Assembly (NCBI RefSeq): GCF_000743755.1 | Contig: NW_014569491.1 | Location: 1 to 44,407, forward strand | Direction: 5' to 3' | Length of the DNA: 44,407 bases | From: Blastocystis sp. subtype 4 | Taxonomy: Eukaryota | In this document: piece by piece, positions 23,701-34,051 of the stretch | Numbering within the stretch: position 1 is the first letter of the stretch | Layout: each line of letters starts with the position of its first letter | Translations under genes and position numbers: made by a program | Notes under the pieces: generated by a model | Told to the model about the DNA's origin: nothing | Database searches by the model: none | Seen by the model: the letters and a program-made list of their open reading frames with translations, nothing else

Positions 23701-24524
23701 GCAAAACCTATACAGGAGGTAATACGGTGGTAAGTCGTCAGTCCATTGATGTTCTACTCAAGCAGGGATATTATCCATATATCCCTCTCAAAGGACGTGT
23801 ATCCGCATTCTGGAACCATCGATGGCTAGCTGCGGATGTTGTAGCTGACAGTTTCACGGGAATTGGATCCAAAGGCAATGCATTGGCTCAATTGAACTAT
23901 CAGCCTGTGGGAGTGTGGACAATTGAAGACCTGCGTAATTTCACGTCGGGTTCTCCATTGGTCACTTCCCCTGTGAGTAAACTTATTAACGCAGATTCTG
24001 AATGGAGTGAAATGAGTGGCAAGCTATATAGTGTTGCCTCGTTCCATCACTCGGAGAATATGTCGGATCCTGATTACGTGTATGCCTTAACAACACATGA
24101 GAATGGAACTGTATATTTGAATATTGCCTCCCGAATGGTTCAAAAGGAAGCGTTGCAATATGCTCAGACTTCCTATTTGGTAACGATCATCATTGTTCAG
24201 GTAGCAGATTTGCTGATATGCAAAACACGCATGCTGTCACTCGTCCAACAGGGAATGAAGAATAATGCTATGAACAGTGCTCTGTTGTTTGAGTTGATGC
24301 TAGCTGGACTTCTTCTCTATTTCACGCCTCTGAATAATGCGTTACGCACACGACCTCTGCCTCTTTCATTCTGGTTGATTGGAATGCCGTATTTGATCCT
24401 TATTATTGTATATGATGAAGTTCGCAAGTACTTGATGAGAAAGACATCGAAGGTTACGATTAACGCAGAGACCAAGCAGGTATTGAGAGATGCGGGATGG
24501 CTCGAACGTAATACCTATTATTGA
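20715..24524 (+). CDS. ATP1A: Na+/K+-transporting P-type ATPase alpha subunit (P2C), uninterrupted ORF, 1269 aa
   Basis: TGES, ANVPEGLL, CSDKTGTLT, KGAPERIL, MVTGDHPITAKAIA, TGDGVND, YTLSSNIPE, IDLGTDM, and C-terminal WLERNTYY. Confidence 0.97.
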   Translation: MVANTAGKERVNEVTDFHRIDLSILLGERLQTNAEKGLSSKEHTRRLEQNGPNRMSPPKSIPEWLKILKNMTGFFSLLLLGGGVLCFIGYGLKKEIENLYLGIVLVAVVILTGLFTYFQEKKSSDLMESFKSMMPNRCTVIRDGNSMEVNAEDLVIGDVILLKAGDKVPADIRILECSDDMQVDNASLTGESEPCKRSPKYTDPNPLETQNMAFFGTQVPKGSCKGVVLAVGDDTFMGRIAKLTLSTGSEKTPIAIELDHFISIISVVAISLGILFFIIGCFLGTDLITNLVFMIGIIVANVPEGLLATVTVSLSLTANRMSSKNVLVKNLEGVETLGSTSCICSDKTGTLTQNMMTVANVVYDARMYDCECSMYSEPTINQTSLTYSHLIRIAALCNNAKWDENSKYRKNRDGSPDFTNRQPFTEELVMGDGSVEKRVMWKPLGDASESALIKFVQASFDVDVYRKENPKLKEIPFNSTNKYQVSIHRQPDKKEHLLVMKGAPERILGRCDSILINGVVEPFTPELRSKMEKLQLELSRKGLRVLGFAELELDPAVYSDDYVYNSDVPNFPLGDNEDTFPADRPHTEAIFTKLCYVGMMAMIDPPRPQVPPAVEKCKEAGIRVIMVTGDHPITAKAIAAKVGIIWGDTSDDVEYRNEEKGLKEGDPGWEDPALAPAIVVPGWDLNQDTPDEIWDDILDHPQVVFARTSPQQKLEIVEHNQKRGEIVAVTGDGVNDAPALRKADIGIAMGIMGSAVSKEAADMILVDDNFASIVKGVEEGRLIFDNLKKSIAYTLSSNIPEIGPFLAFITLQIPLPLDTVLILLIDLGTDMFPAISFAYETPEADIMKRPPRDSKRDRLVNRKLLFFAYLEIGIMQCIAAFFVWFRVMESFGYPASTLTTLGAYDNWGKQVLYCKTEGGSYYREVSDENGWRFERYANEVKSLDDFTTAFSLGYQFWSDDDGVVKACHFPAKNVIGSESSVSSFNLADPASYTPNSKTYTGGNTVVSRQSIDVLLKQGYYPYIPLKGRVSAFWNHRWLAADVVADSFTGIGSKGNALAQLNYQPVGVWTIEDLRNFTSGSPLVTSPVSKLINADSEWSEMSGKLYSVASFHHSENMSDPDYVYALTTHENGTVYLNIASRMVQKEALQYAQTSYLVTIIIVQVADLLICKTRMLSLVQQGMKNNAMNSALLFELMLAGLLLYFTPLNNALRTRPLPLSFWLIGMPYLILIIVYDEVRKYLMRKTSKVTINAETKQVLRDAGWLERNTYY

Positions 24525-24644
24525 GGTTGTTTCGTGTTTGTTGGAAGAATTTTATTGTTGTAGATGATTCTTGTTGTATCAAGAGAATCACTTCTTCTCA
24601 CAAACAATCCAGTCATTAGCATTTGTCTCGTAATGATGATTCAC

Positions 24645-25075
24645 TTAATGAGAACGACGAAGAGCCTTATCCAGGACTTCATAACGAGCCACGGCAGCAG
24701 CCTCCAGAGAAGGACGATAAGATCCCTTCGACACCTATCTATGAATCCATGTTCCCAAAACCTGCCTCCTTCGCGACAGAAGCAGCACGCTTCACATGAG
24801 CCTTATGAGCCATCTTGTAAGGCTTGGTGGTGTGCTTTGTGGACTTGATGCTCATCATGATGTGCTTTCCCTCGCAGTTCACACCTACAGCACGCTTCTG
24901 GCAAATACCCATATGCTTGGGACTAGACATAACACATAACATTCAAAAGGTACGTGTAAGCATTCAGGACATTCATCTTGTCTGTAGAGAACATGGTGAT
25001 CTTGCATCCCTGCTTTTGCTTTTTCATGTAAGCACTGTGATTCTTGACAACATTCCAAACGACTTCAGTGGACAT
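24645..25075 (-). CDS. RPL28: 60S ribosomal protein L28e
   Basis: MSTEVVWNVVKNHSAY...FSTDKMNVLN...GICQKRAVGV...KP...YRPSLEAAAVARY...RSH*. The second intron is predicted to be GC-AG (24735-24765). Confidence 0.85.
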
Positions 25076-25347
25076 CTACATGTGGATAAGACTCTTTCGC
25101 TCAATCCCAAACCACTGGTTCACCAGTCTCTTCATTCCATCAATACCATATTCACCCCCTCTACATACTCTAGAATACGAAAACAAATCTATCAGACAAT
25201 TCTCTGACAGAAATACCCAATTCTAGTTATGATACAAGAAGACCCATCTTCTGTATTCAGTCAGGTATCTTTTCATCTCTTTTAGAATTGACAGATTTGG
25301 TTCAAAAAAGGAGCGATAGAGCCCATTGCATTTCCAACAAACACGAA

Positions 25348-25641
25348 ACGATAACATAAAGAAGAAGACATAATTGGGAACAAATGTATCTTTCATCCTA
25401 TGTCTCTCCATTCATGATTGGAAAACCAATTACAGACGAGGTTGGAATCATTGATATCGCCGTTTCGACCTTCGGGTCAGAACTCGCTTAATGAACATAC
25501 CTTAGAAGAAAGAAGGATTTCCTTCTTCTCAACACTCTTCGCTAAGTCCAATTCCACTTTCTTATTGTCTAACCATCATCATCTTCCTCTCGTTGAATAC
25601 GTACCTACAAATGGAAGAATAGGTGGCAACAATTGTGACAT
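25348..25641 (-). CDS. Possible small multi-exon gene; splicing could not be resolved
   Basis: ATG 6 nt after the upstream gene's motif, intron-like GT..AG segments, and its own TGTTTGTT at 25336-25343 with a T at -5. Confidence 0.25.
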
Positions 25642-25659
25642 TTTGGAAACAAACAGCTC

Positions 25660-27273
25660 CAAGACATCGAACGAATCAACTTGATGGTGATTCTATTCCT
25701 TTGTTGTTTTTCACTATTGCTACAAATTCGAGTGCGGTTCTTCACTCGACTCCCTTTCACTTCATCAAACCACTGCGTAAACAAAAATCGCATTCGTCTC
25801 TCACTCTCAGCTACCGCTGGAGACATTGAACCTATTCTATTTTTCAAATCTTCTTATCATCTATACGAAGGTCCCGAAAGGACCAATCCAAAAGGATGTA
25901 CCAAAAGACGGAATTGATAACCCAAAAGACGTAAATGTTCAACATATTGAATCCGATTGAATCGCTGATCCACAAAACGCCTATCAAAAACAGGAGTACT
26001 TCGAGCATTTCTCACAAAGACAAATGGCTGTTGAAGAAGACTGTCGAAGCAGGTCACATTGATCGTATGATGAACTGCTTGAATAAAGAACCAGTCAACA
26101 TGCATATAGTTCTAGATGTCACACTAATAGACCATCATCACATGAGTTAAGGATGGTGATCGCAACGAAACCTTCTTCCGATAGAGCAGTTGCCGGAGTT
26201 GTTCCTTCGTATTAGGTAACGATTTCCATTGTCTTCACATCAGAGAACTATCTTTCACATACTCCCGCAGACATATCTCTTTCTGTCGACAATCTGAAGG
26301 TATTCCATCATTTGTACTAAAGAACAGCGGTAACGTCAAGACAGACTGCAGACCTAGCTCCGGAGGTGATAGCTCCGAAAGGAAGAGAGCTAAATGACGT
26401 TCCAGCAACACACCAGAATCGATTACCATGTAATGAGAGGTATGGACCATTGATATGGCGAGGTTTCGAAGGTAGTTAATCGGATAATGGGTTGAGTCTG
26501 TAGACCTCTGGAAAAGAGTCACTATCTGAATGCGATCAGGGTAGTGTTGGTCCAGAATCTCTTGTTCCACTTGAAATCGATCTGTAGAAACGGGAATAAA
26601 TACAGCAATCACGATTTCACTAGACTCTCACAAACCACAGATCTGTTACTTCAACCACATCTCTTTCAATACGGACAGATAGAAAAACTCTGAATACTGT
26701 AGGGCACAAACAATGGTAAACGAATAGGAAGGAAGGATGTCATCGTCATAATCTAGGGTTCATATTCCACCAAAAATCTACAGCGATGAGGAGGAATCGT
26801 AGAAACAAGGGTAGATCCATGAAACACCATAATGTCATCAGAAAAGACTGGATACAAAATTTCTGTTGTCCACTCATCACTCTGTTCAACAGATATAGGC
26901 TTTTGACTCATCTCAGGAATAGGAGTTGCCATCTGCATATTCTATCGATTCATTCATTTCATTCATATCTACCATTGAATTGCCTTCTTCATTATGTAGT
27001 GTAGACTCACCAAGAACTGACTTCTCAACTTCACTCTCTTTGGTTATAAAAATCGAACCTATTCATGACGAAAGTCCGTCAAACCAAACTATTCCTTCCG
27101 AATACAAAATGGTCATGTTCCCCAAACCACTTCCTCTGATCCAACTGAATCAACTGCAGCGAGGTAGAAATCACAACAACAAATACAATAGCCGAAATTG
27201 CCACAACCCTATTGATGGTCCAGAATCCCCATCTCTACCCTAATAGAAGCCTTTGCTTCCTTAAGAATCTCAT
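25660..27273 (-). CDS. Type II membrane glycosyltransferase, GT49 (LARGE/B4GAT1)-like
   Basis: YPINYLRNLAISMVHTSHYMVID, and PVFDRRFVDQRFNRIQYVEHLRLLGYQF. N-terminal TM. The 5' end has an in-frame TAG at 27235-27237; the 3' stop is predicted as TG + poly(A). Confidence 0.65.
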
Positions 27274-27313
27274 TTCGGGCTTGTGTCAATAGATTCAATA
27301 AACAAGTAAGTTC

Positions 27314-28495
27314 TTAAAAACACTTATACAGAATATCGCGAGTTACTGCGGCATCAATATTGGCATCCTCACCAAAGTGGACATTTGAAGCCTTCAGCTT
27401 CGTGTAGCACTCCTCAACCCAGCTCTTGTCGTACTCCTTCTCGAAATACTGGTTGATCGACGAAGCAATACCCATTTCCTCATAGTAGAACTTGCAGATA
27501 CGCTCAATTGTCATTTCAGCAGCCTTTCTCTTGTCCTCATCGACAATGCCAAACACACGCTCACCCAACTGAGCAAGCTTCTCGTACTTGGCCTCGAAGT
27601 TGAAGCGGAACACCTTAGGCTGGACAATAGCAAGAGTTGCTCCATGATCCATTCCAGTGTAAGCAGTGATCTCGTGACCAACCATGTGAGTAGCCCAATC
27701 CTCACGCACTCCCTGACATACCCAGCAGTTCAAAGCCTGGTTGGCAGCCCACATGATGTTTGCACGAGCATCATAACTCTTGGGATCCTTCTTCACCTTC
27801 AGACCATTCTCAACAAGCACTCGCAATAGAGACTCACAATACTGGTCCTGGACATCGGCATTACGGCAGTCAGTGACATACTGCTCGCAAACATGCACAA
27901 AGGAGTCGACAACTCCGTTAATCGTCTGGCGATCAGGAAGGGACATGGTGGTCTCAGGATCCATAATAGCAAACTGAGGATACACTAAGCCACTACCAAA
28001 AGCATACTTCATATGCTTAGCTCTGTACGAAATGACAGAATTTCCATTGGACTCCGAACCAGTAGCAGGAAGAGTCAAAACGACACCCAGAGGAAGAGCT
28101 CTCTCAATCTTAGAACCACCATCAATACAGATATCCTGGTAGTAATCGGTACTCTTCTCATACACAGCAGCAGCACAGATCAACTTGCATCCATCGGCCA
28201 CAGAACCTCCACCAACAGAGAGGACATAGTAATTATCGGCACCATTCTCTCGCAACAGATTGATAGCCTTCAGCAGCGTTTCATAATCAGGATTGGCCTC
28301 GATTCCACTAAATTCGGTGATATCGTATCCAGCCAAAGCAGTCATGCATTGATCATACACGCCATTACGTTTAATAGAACCACCTCCATAGCAGAAGAGA
28401 ATCTTCTTATCCTTAGGGATAAGCTTGGGGAGCTGAGCAATCTGACCCTTTCCAAAAACAATGCGGGTGCAGTTCTTATAGTCAAAGTTAAGCAT
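27314..28495 (-). CDS. yqhD: Iron-containing (group III) NADPH-dependent alcohol/aldehyde dehydrogenase, YqhD/BdhA-like, intronless
   Basis: MLNFDYKNCTRIVFGKG, YGGGSIKRNGVYDQ, GIEANP, VGGGSVAD, TLPATGSE, and metal ligands in DSFVH and WATHMVGHE...DHG. Confidence 0.93.
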   Translation of the reverse strand: MLNFDYKNCTRIVFGKGQIAQLPKLIPKDKKILFCYGGGSIKRNGVYDQCMTALAGYDITEFSGIEANPDYETLLKAINLLRENGADNYYVLSVGGGSVADGCKLICAAAVYEKSTDYYQDICIDGGSKIERALPLGVVLTLPATGSESNGNSVISYRAKHMKYAFGSGLVYPQFAIMDPETTMSLPDRQTINGVVDSFVHVCEQYVTDCRNADVQDQYCESLLRVLVENGLKVKKDPKSYDARANIMWAANQALNCWVCQGVREDWATHMVGHEITAYTGMDHGATLAIVQPKVFRFNFEAKYEKLAQLGERVFGIVDEDKRKAAEMTIERICKFYYEEMGIASSINQYFEKEYDKSWVEECYTKLKASNVHFGEDANIDAAVTRDILYKCF

Positions 28496-28738
28496 ATGCT
28501 TATCCATCCTTGGATTCACTAACAAAAGAAATAATGGAACCTATTCAATTGTTTCCACTTTTGAGGAGTCAAGCGGTAATCACGGGAATAAATCTTGATT
28601 TGCAGAATGATATTTTATCTTCCAGAAGATTGGAGAAACCAATCCTTTCATTTAGAATCCTCATAGATTCAAAGGTAAATGCAGATTCACGGTCTCTAAA
28701 GACCGTACGGATGTTCATAGTAATCAAACAAACAGAGA

Positions 28739-29695
28739 AACGGCTTTTAACTCCAAACTTATGCATATCTTTGCAACTAATCATAAGCCCTTTCTATATA
28801 ACACTTACTCCATCGATTCCTCGGAAGTCATTTTTCGAGAAGAATCTGAAGACCAACATTCTGGACAACCTGTTCTCCATCGTTCCTCCAACAGTTCAAT
28901 GTTGCAAGGATAAACGGGTTTCAACAAAGTCCGATTCACAATATTGTGCAATGTACACAAATAGATCATGAATTCCTTTCGCGAATTCACACTATACTCA
29001 AAACCATCTTCCATCCATACTTTGGGGGATACTTCTTTAAACTCTTCTCCAAATGCTGAGCACACACTCTGCAGGGATACAGATGTGCAAAACTCTCAAT
29101 AAACTCTCTTGCGTACTTCTTGTCCTCTTCTGTCGGATTGTCAGGATAATACGCAGCAATCGAATGCAACTAGATGATAGGAAATGAAAGGAAATACAAG
29201 GGTCCAAGAATGACGACCTAGCAATTCACGACTTGGAGGACACTCATGAATTTTTCCATTCTTGTCCTTCACTGTGAATTCACTTTCCTTTTGAGTAAAT
29301 GCAGCAGGTTGTTTTACTGCCTTTCCTACAAAGTCAATTATGCATTTCACAATCAACGTTTTACTGCTTCTGTAGCTAAATGAAACATTTCTTGATTGTC
29401 ATGACAAGCAGGATCCTGACAATCTACTGAAGGATTCTTTAAATCTAAATATTATTCTCAACACAACCACTACCTGGTTCGCCTTCAGCCATCATGTGAG
29501 GAGTCGAATAGAGTGAATAGGCTACAAACCCTCCTAAAGTTCCTGCTAGCCCAACCATTGAAACAACACTCTAGCAATAATGAGAATAAATGAGCAATTT
29601 ACTATCCGCCTTCCCGAAGTAGAAGCCAATCGACGTGAATTCTGTACCAAAAATCTGCCTGTCGGATATAATACTCGAGAAAATCGTCGGATCAT
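28739..29695 (-). CDS. ERV1: Erv1/ALR FAD-linked sulfhydryl oxidase with N-terminal presequence and TM segment
   Basis: [50 protein letters not shown]...C...RW. Upstream exons join through 32-, 29- and 32-nt introns. A last intron (GTAAGT donor) leads to a poly(A)-made stop at 28739; the unspliced alternative stop is at 28805. Confidence 0.88.
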
Positions 29696-29822
29696 CCTAG
29701 AGAGTAGCTGCAAAGGAATCCAAAAGAGATATGAAGTTATCGCTAAATTCTAATGAAAACCGCGAGAATCGATGAATGGGTCTTCCTACATTGACTCATT
29801 GCTTTTGGGATTAAACTATTCG

Positions 29823-30605
29823 ATGAGTGAAGATACGGGTGAACCAATCCGTAGAACCTAGATAATACGATGAACTGTAGAGGAAGAGAAGACAACTGAA
29901 CAGGAGAGTGGAATTCGAATCGAGGAAATTATAGATGAAGAAATTGTACGTGACTTGAATAAAGCTGTCGAATTCAAAGAGGAAGGTAACAGGTGTGGAT
30001 TTAGGACTGGTAATGAGTTGTAGACTATTTAAAAAGGGTGATTACACTTCTGCAGTACAAAGCTATAAGATGAGTCTTCGTTATTGTCCCTTAGAGGATG
30101 AATATAACAAAGATCGAGTAATTACCCTCTGTTAATGTGATTGGATAGGCTATTTTTATGGGGAATATGGCAGCTGCACAGATTGAGTTAGTAGGACAAA
30201 GAAGTGATATTATCAACAGAAACAATATGAAGATGCAATCGAAAGTGCTTCACAAGCAATTCAGAATAATCCCTCCTATGTAAAAGCCTACATTCGTCGT
30301 TCTCAGGCCTACTTAGAAACAGATAAATTGGACGAGTGTCTAGCTGGTCAAAATGATGGATAACATTCACTTGCAGATTATGACAAGATTCTCGAGTTGG
30401 ATAAGAGCATGACCAGCTATCGTTCCAAACGTCAAGAACTCGCCAAACGGATTGATGAGCGAAACGAGAAGTTGAAACAGGAGATGCTCGGCAAATTGAA
30501 AGAAGTGGGTAATAAGATTCTGGGTAAATTCGGTATGAGTGTGGACAATTTCAAGATGGTGCAAGATCCAGCAACAGGTGGATACTCTATCAAGTATGAA
30601 AAGTG
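29823..30605 (+). CDS. TTC1: Tetratricopeptide repeat protein 1 (TTC1-like)
   Basis: KAVEFKEEGNRLFKKGDY, NPSYVKAYIRRSQAY, EMLGKLKEVGNKILGKFGMSVDNFKMVQDPATGGYSIKYEK. No genomic stop at the expected end. Confidence 0.88.
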
Positions 30606-30609
30606 GTTG

Positions 30610-30624
30610 TATTTGTTACAAACA
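30610..30624. terminator. Back-to-back 3'-processing motifs TATTTGTT (+) and TGTTTGTA (-) shared by convergent TTC1 and VPS33
   Basis: Sequence tatttgttacaaaca. Each motif lies 5 nt after an in-frame TG or T. Confidence 0.7.
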
Positions 30625-30628
30625 CAAG

Positions 30629-32672
30629 AATTCTGTTTTGGAGGCACAGGAATCGATGGCAAATCGTCCTGCATTTCATGAAGAATCTTCGTTCCGTTTG
30701 TCAAGTTGGAGACAAGCATCATCACCTCGTATCCAAAATCCTCCAGATACTTCAACTGACGCATAGCAGCTACTTCTGTATAAGTGGCTCCACCTACAAA
30801 CACCACCAATGCCACTTTCTTTCGCATTCCAGTATCTCGATGTGGACAAGAAACAATCTGATTAAGTTCTCTCACAGGAGAGTTCAGGATCTTCAGAATC
30901 TCTTCCCATCATCCCAATGAATCAAGCCTACCTTGTGATACTCCCCCCTGAGTTAAAATCGCCTGCACCAGTCGACCTGTCAACGGAGCATATCCCGAAG
31001 TGATATACGTCATATCCCGGTTGCTCAGACCATCCACACCATCCTGCACCAATCGCATGCGGGAGCGGAGTGTAGAAAAGTTCCCTGCTGTTTCCTTAGG
31101 GAACAGAAGACCTATGAATCATACGACCACTCTTTCCTTACGCAACTGCTGGAGATGATTTAGAAGAGGAATGTTCTGAAATCCATAGAGCTGAACGAGA
31201 TCTCTTCGGATGGAATCAAAGGACTTCGGAGGCAGCCCATTGTTCACCAGACACTGGAGAACAAGCAACTTCAAAACAGAGTAGAATGAAGCCTATAAAT
31301 CATCTCTCAGGAGAAGACTTACATCTTGATCTCCCATATCAACAATCTCTTGAACAGACCCATCACCACTGAGGATACGATGCTCTTGCTCCCAACGGGA
31401 ATGGAAGGAATCTCCATTAGTAACACTGGTGACAGCTGATACAAGCTACATTCAGTATTCATCATACAAGCCTACATTCAAATGACATTCCAACAATTTT
31501 CTTCGGAGAAGAATTTCAGGCAACTTCTGTTTGAACTCAGCAATCTCACTGATGCTGGATGAACTGTCAATAGGACGTGTGTCTGCTTCCTCTATCAATC
31601 ACCTTCTATTCACACACACACCTTTCACTTGCTTGGCTTTCTCATTTAGAACACGAATCACCTTTGCTATATTGTCATCGCGTAATTCCTGGAAGAACGC
31701 ATCTGTGTTATTCAAACGTACTGTCGTCATTTTCTCCGTTTTCCCGTTCTTTTCAGGAAATGTCACAACTCCACAATCAATTCCTGCTACTTCATCAAGT
31801 AATCCCTCATACGTCAGAGGAACCACAAAGGGAGTAACCAGATCCATACTACGATCAATCACGATCAAGCGGTCAATCTCCGGAGGGAGGTCACTTTCCT
31901 TTTCCTTGCTCTCTACACGTTTCTGAGAGATCATTTCAACAACTGCTGTGGCATTGGCACCGATGGCTGTGACATGAGGAATCACACCATAGAGAGATTG
32001 GATCCGCATCAAGGCATTTGCCATCAGTTGTAGACTTGTATAGTCATTATTGAGAAGTAGATCTCTATGAATCAAAACTATCACCAAAACACAACGAGAA
32101 ACTAGAATACCACTCTAGAGACAAAATATCGTCATCTAGAGGATACAAATCCATGTTTGTATCTAGTACGGTCACTAGATCGATAATTCCTGTATCCTTC
32201 ATCATTTCACGAGTGATTCGAGTCAAACAAGGAAATAAAAATAGGTAGAATGTCGATTTGATCTATAACTCACCTACACCATCCATACCAACTCCATCCT
32301 CTATGAACTTGTGAATCGTTGACGATACTGTTTTAATAGCGCTACAGCAAGGTTTCACGAAGAAAATCGTGTTAGGCTCCGAAATCGAGCTGACAGGTGA
32401 ATTCAGGTTCACAAATGTTTTTACTCCGCATTCCTAGTCTTTAAATCCCAATTCCAAATCCGACTTTCAGAACTGAAGCATCTCGAGTTACCATCATCAA
32501 GGGTTTGCTAAGTTGCAGATCCAAAATGATACATTTGTCTCCCTCAATCTATGGATCATACACTAATACAAAGAATCACCTTATTCAGCAATTCAATAAG
32601 TGTCTTCTTTTCTTGATCTCGGAGTGTGATTAGATTCAAAGGAGAACTTGTTAGGCTTGGAAGTGCTGACAT
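30629..32672 (-). CDS. VPS33: Sec1/Munc18 family protein Vps33
   Basis: LNLITLRDQEKKTLIELL, IDRLIVIDRSMDLVTPFVVPLTYEGLLDE, SGYAPLTGRLVQ, LVVFVGGATYTEVAAMRQL. Confidence 0.92.
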
Positions 32673-32784
32673 CTTCTTGGATTCTTTGAGTGTCTCCGCC
32701 AGAATTGATCCAAAACCGTTTTCCTGTCGCTTTCCAAATCATTTTCTTCTGATGCAGGTGAATTCTGTAGTTCTTATTGCTTGA

Positions 32785-34009
32785 ATGACATTGAAGATCC
32801 TAGCTGTACCCCAGTTGAACAACATCGCGAAGGCATATAAAAACAAATCCTCTGCTGGACTTTTACCAGATGAAAAGAGGATATATGATTTTTTTATGCT
32901 TTCAAGTGTAAAGGAAACGTGAAAGCCTAATACGTGTAGAGTTGCGAGTTTACGTCCAGAAATATTTCAGAAAAGGATTATCATATATTCAACACATTAT
33001 TCAGTAGATAAATGTTCATGAACTCATGTTTAGCAAATCATTGTTTCAAGCCGTGTCCCCTGAACGGTCCAATGCCATGTCTGATACATTCACAACACTT
33101 TTCATATTGTCTGTATGGTCATTTTCTACACAATCAGGATCCTACCCAGTGTACCTTTTGCTCCACCTTTGGAAAGTGAGGGATTTGATTTACTTTTTTA
33201 TGTAGAGCGGAAATGTTCCCCAAATATAAGGCAAGCTGGGATGCCTTTCCAGAAGAGAAGAAAGCTGCCTTCCAGAATCACTTCAATACTTGTGCTGTAG
33301 TTCTGTTTGTGGATATCAATTGCAGGGCTGTTGGAAGTGTATCGAGCTTAATCGAAATCGCATGATGGGGCCCTCCTTTTCTCGTATATTCGATGAAAGA
33401 GAATGATTGGTAGCATCCCTCAACTACTTTTCTATGAACCGTGATTATCGCGAAGAATCCAGAGGAAGTGAGAATAATCTAGTAGAAGTGCCAACCAGTC
33501 TCTTTTATACCAGTGAGACGGAGGAGGCGGAGTCCCACACAGGGTACTTGCGCATTATCCCTGTAAGTCTTGAAAACGATGTGGTGGAGTGTGATGATTA
33601 CCGAGAACTGGTGAAGGTATGAATGGGTGAGTGTTTTCTTTGTAGCATCTCCAGAACGATTCGTCTTATCAAATGCATCGTAGGATGGAGGTAGGAGCAA
33701 TGGAAGAGAAGGAGAAGCGGTTGAGAACCATCGTTATGGCTGACAACATCCGGGATCTTCTCTCTCGGCAACAGATCGTACGAAATGTGAGTGTGAATGG
33801 AGAAGTGTTGGAACGATTATCACTGGCTCTAAAAGTGGGTGTGAGAGGAACGATTCAAGAGTAGGAGTATTTGGAGTATGTGGTTCGATGCTGTAAGCGA
33901 GAGCATCAGTTGCATGAAACTGAGGAAGAGGATCGGATATCAGAGACAGATGTGATGCGAGCCATCAAACGAAACAAATTCCTGATTCATTCCACGAGTT
34001 CTTTATTGT
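32785..34009 (+). CDS. Hypothetical protein with a C-terminal histone-fold-like segment (possibly SAGA Ada1/TADA1-like)
   Basis: Multi-exon; the C-terminal part reads VSVNGEVLERLSLALK|EYLEYVVRCC...RISETDVMRAIKRNKFL. Family call is weak. Confidence 0.4.
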
Positions 34010-34051
34010 TGGTTGTTTGTGAAAACACATACTTGAACCAAAAGTGAAAAG

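Noticed and set aside
30432..30681. Apparent long coding overlap between TTC1 and VPS33
   Set aside because: Better explained by poly(A)-created stops at 30605 and 30629; the extensions are just the partner's antisense.
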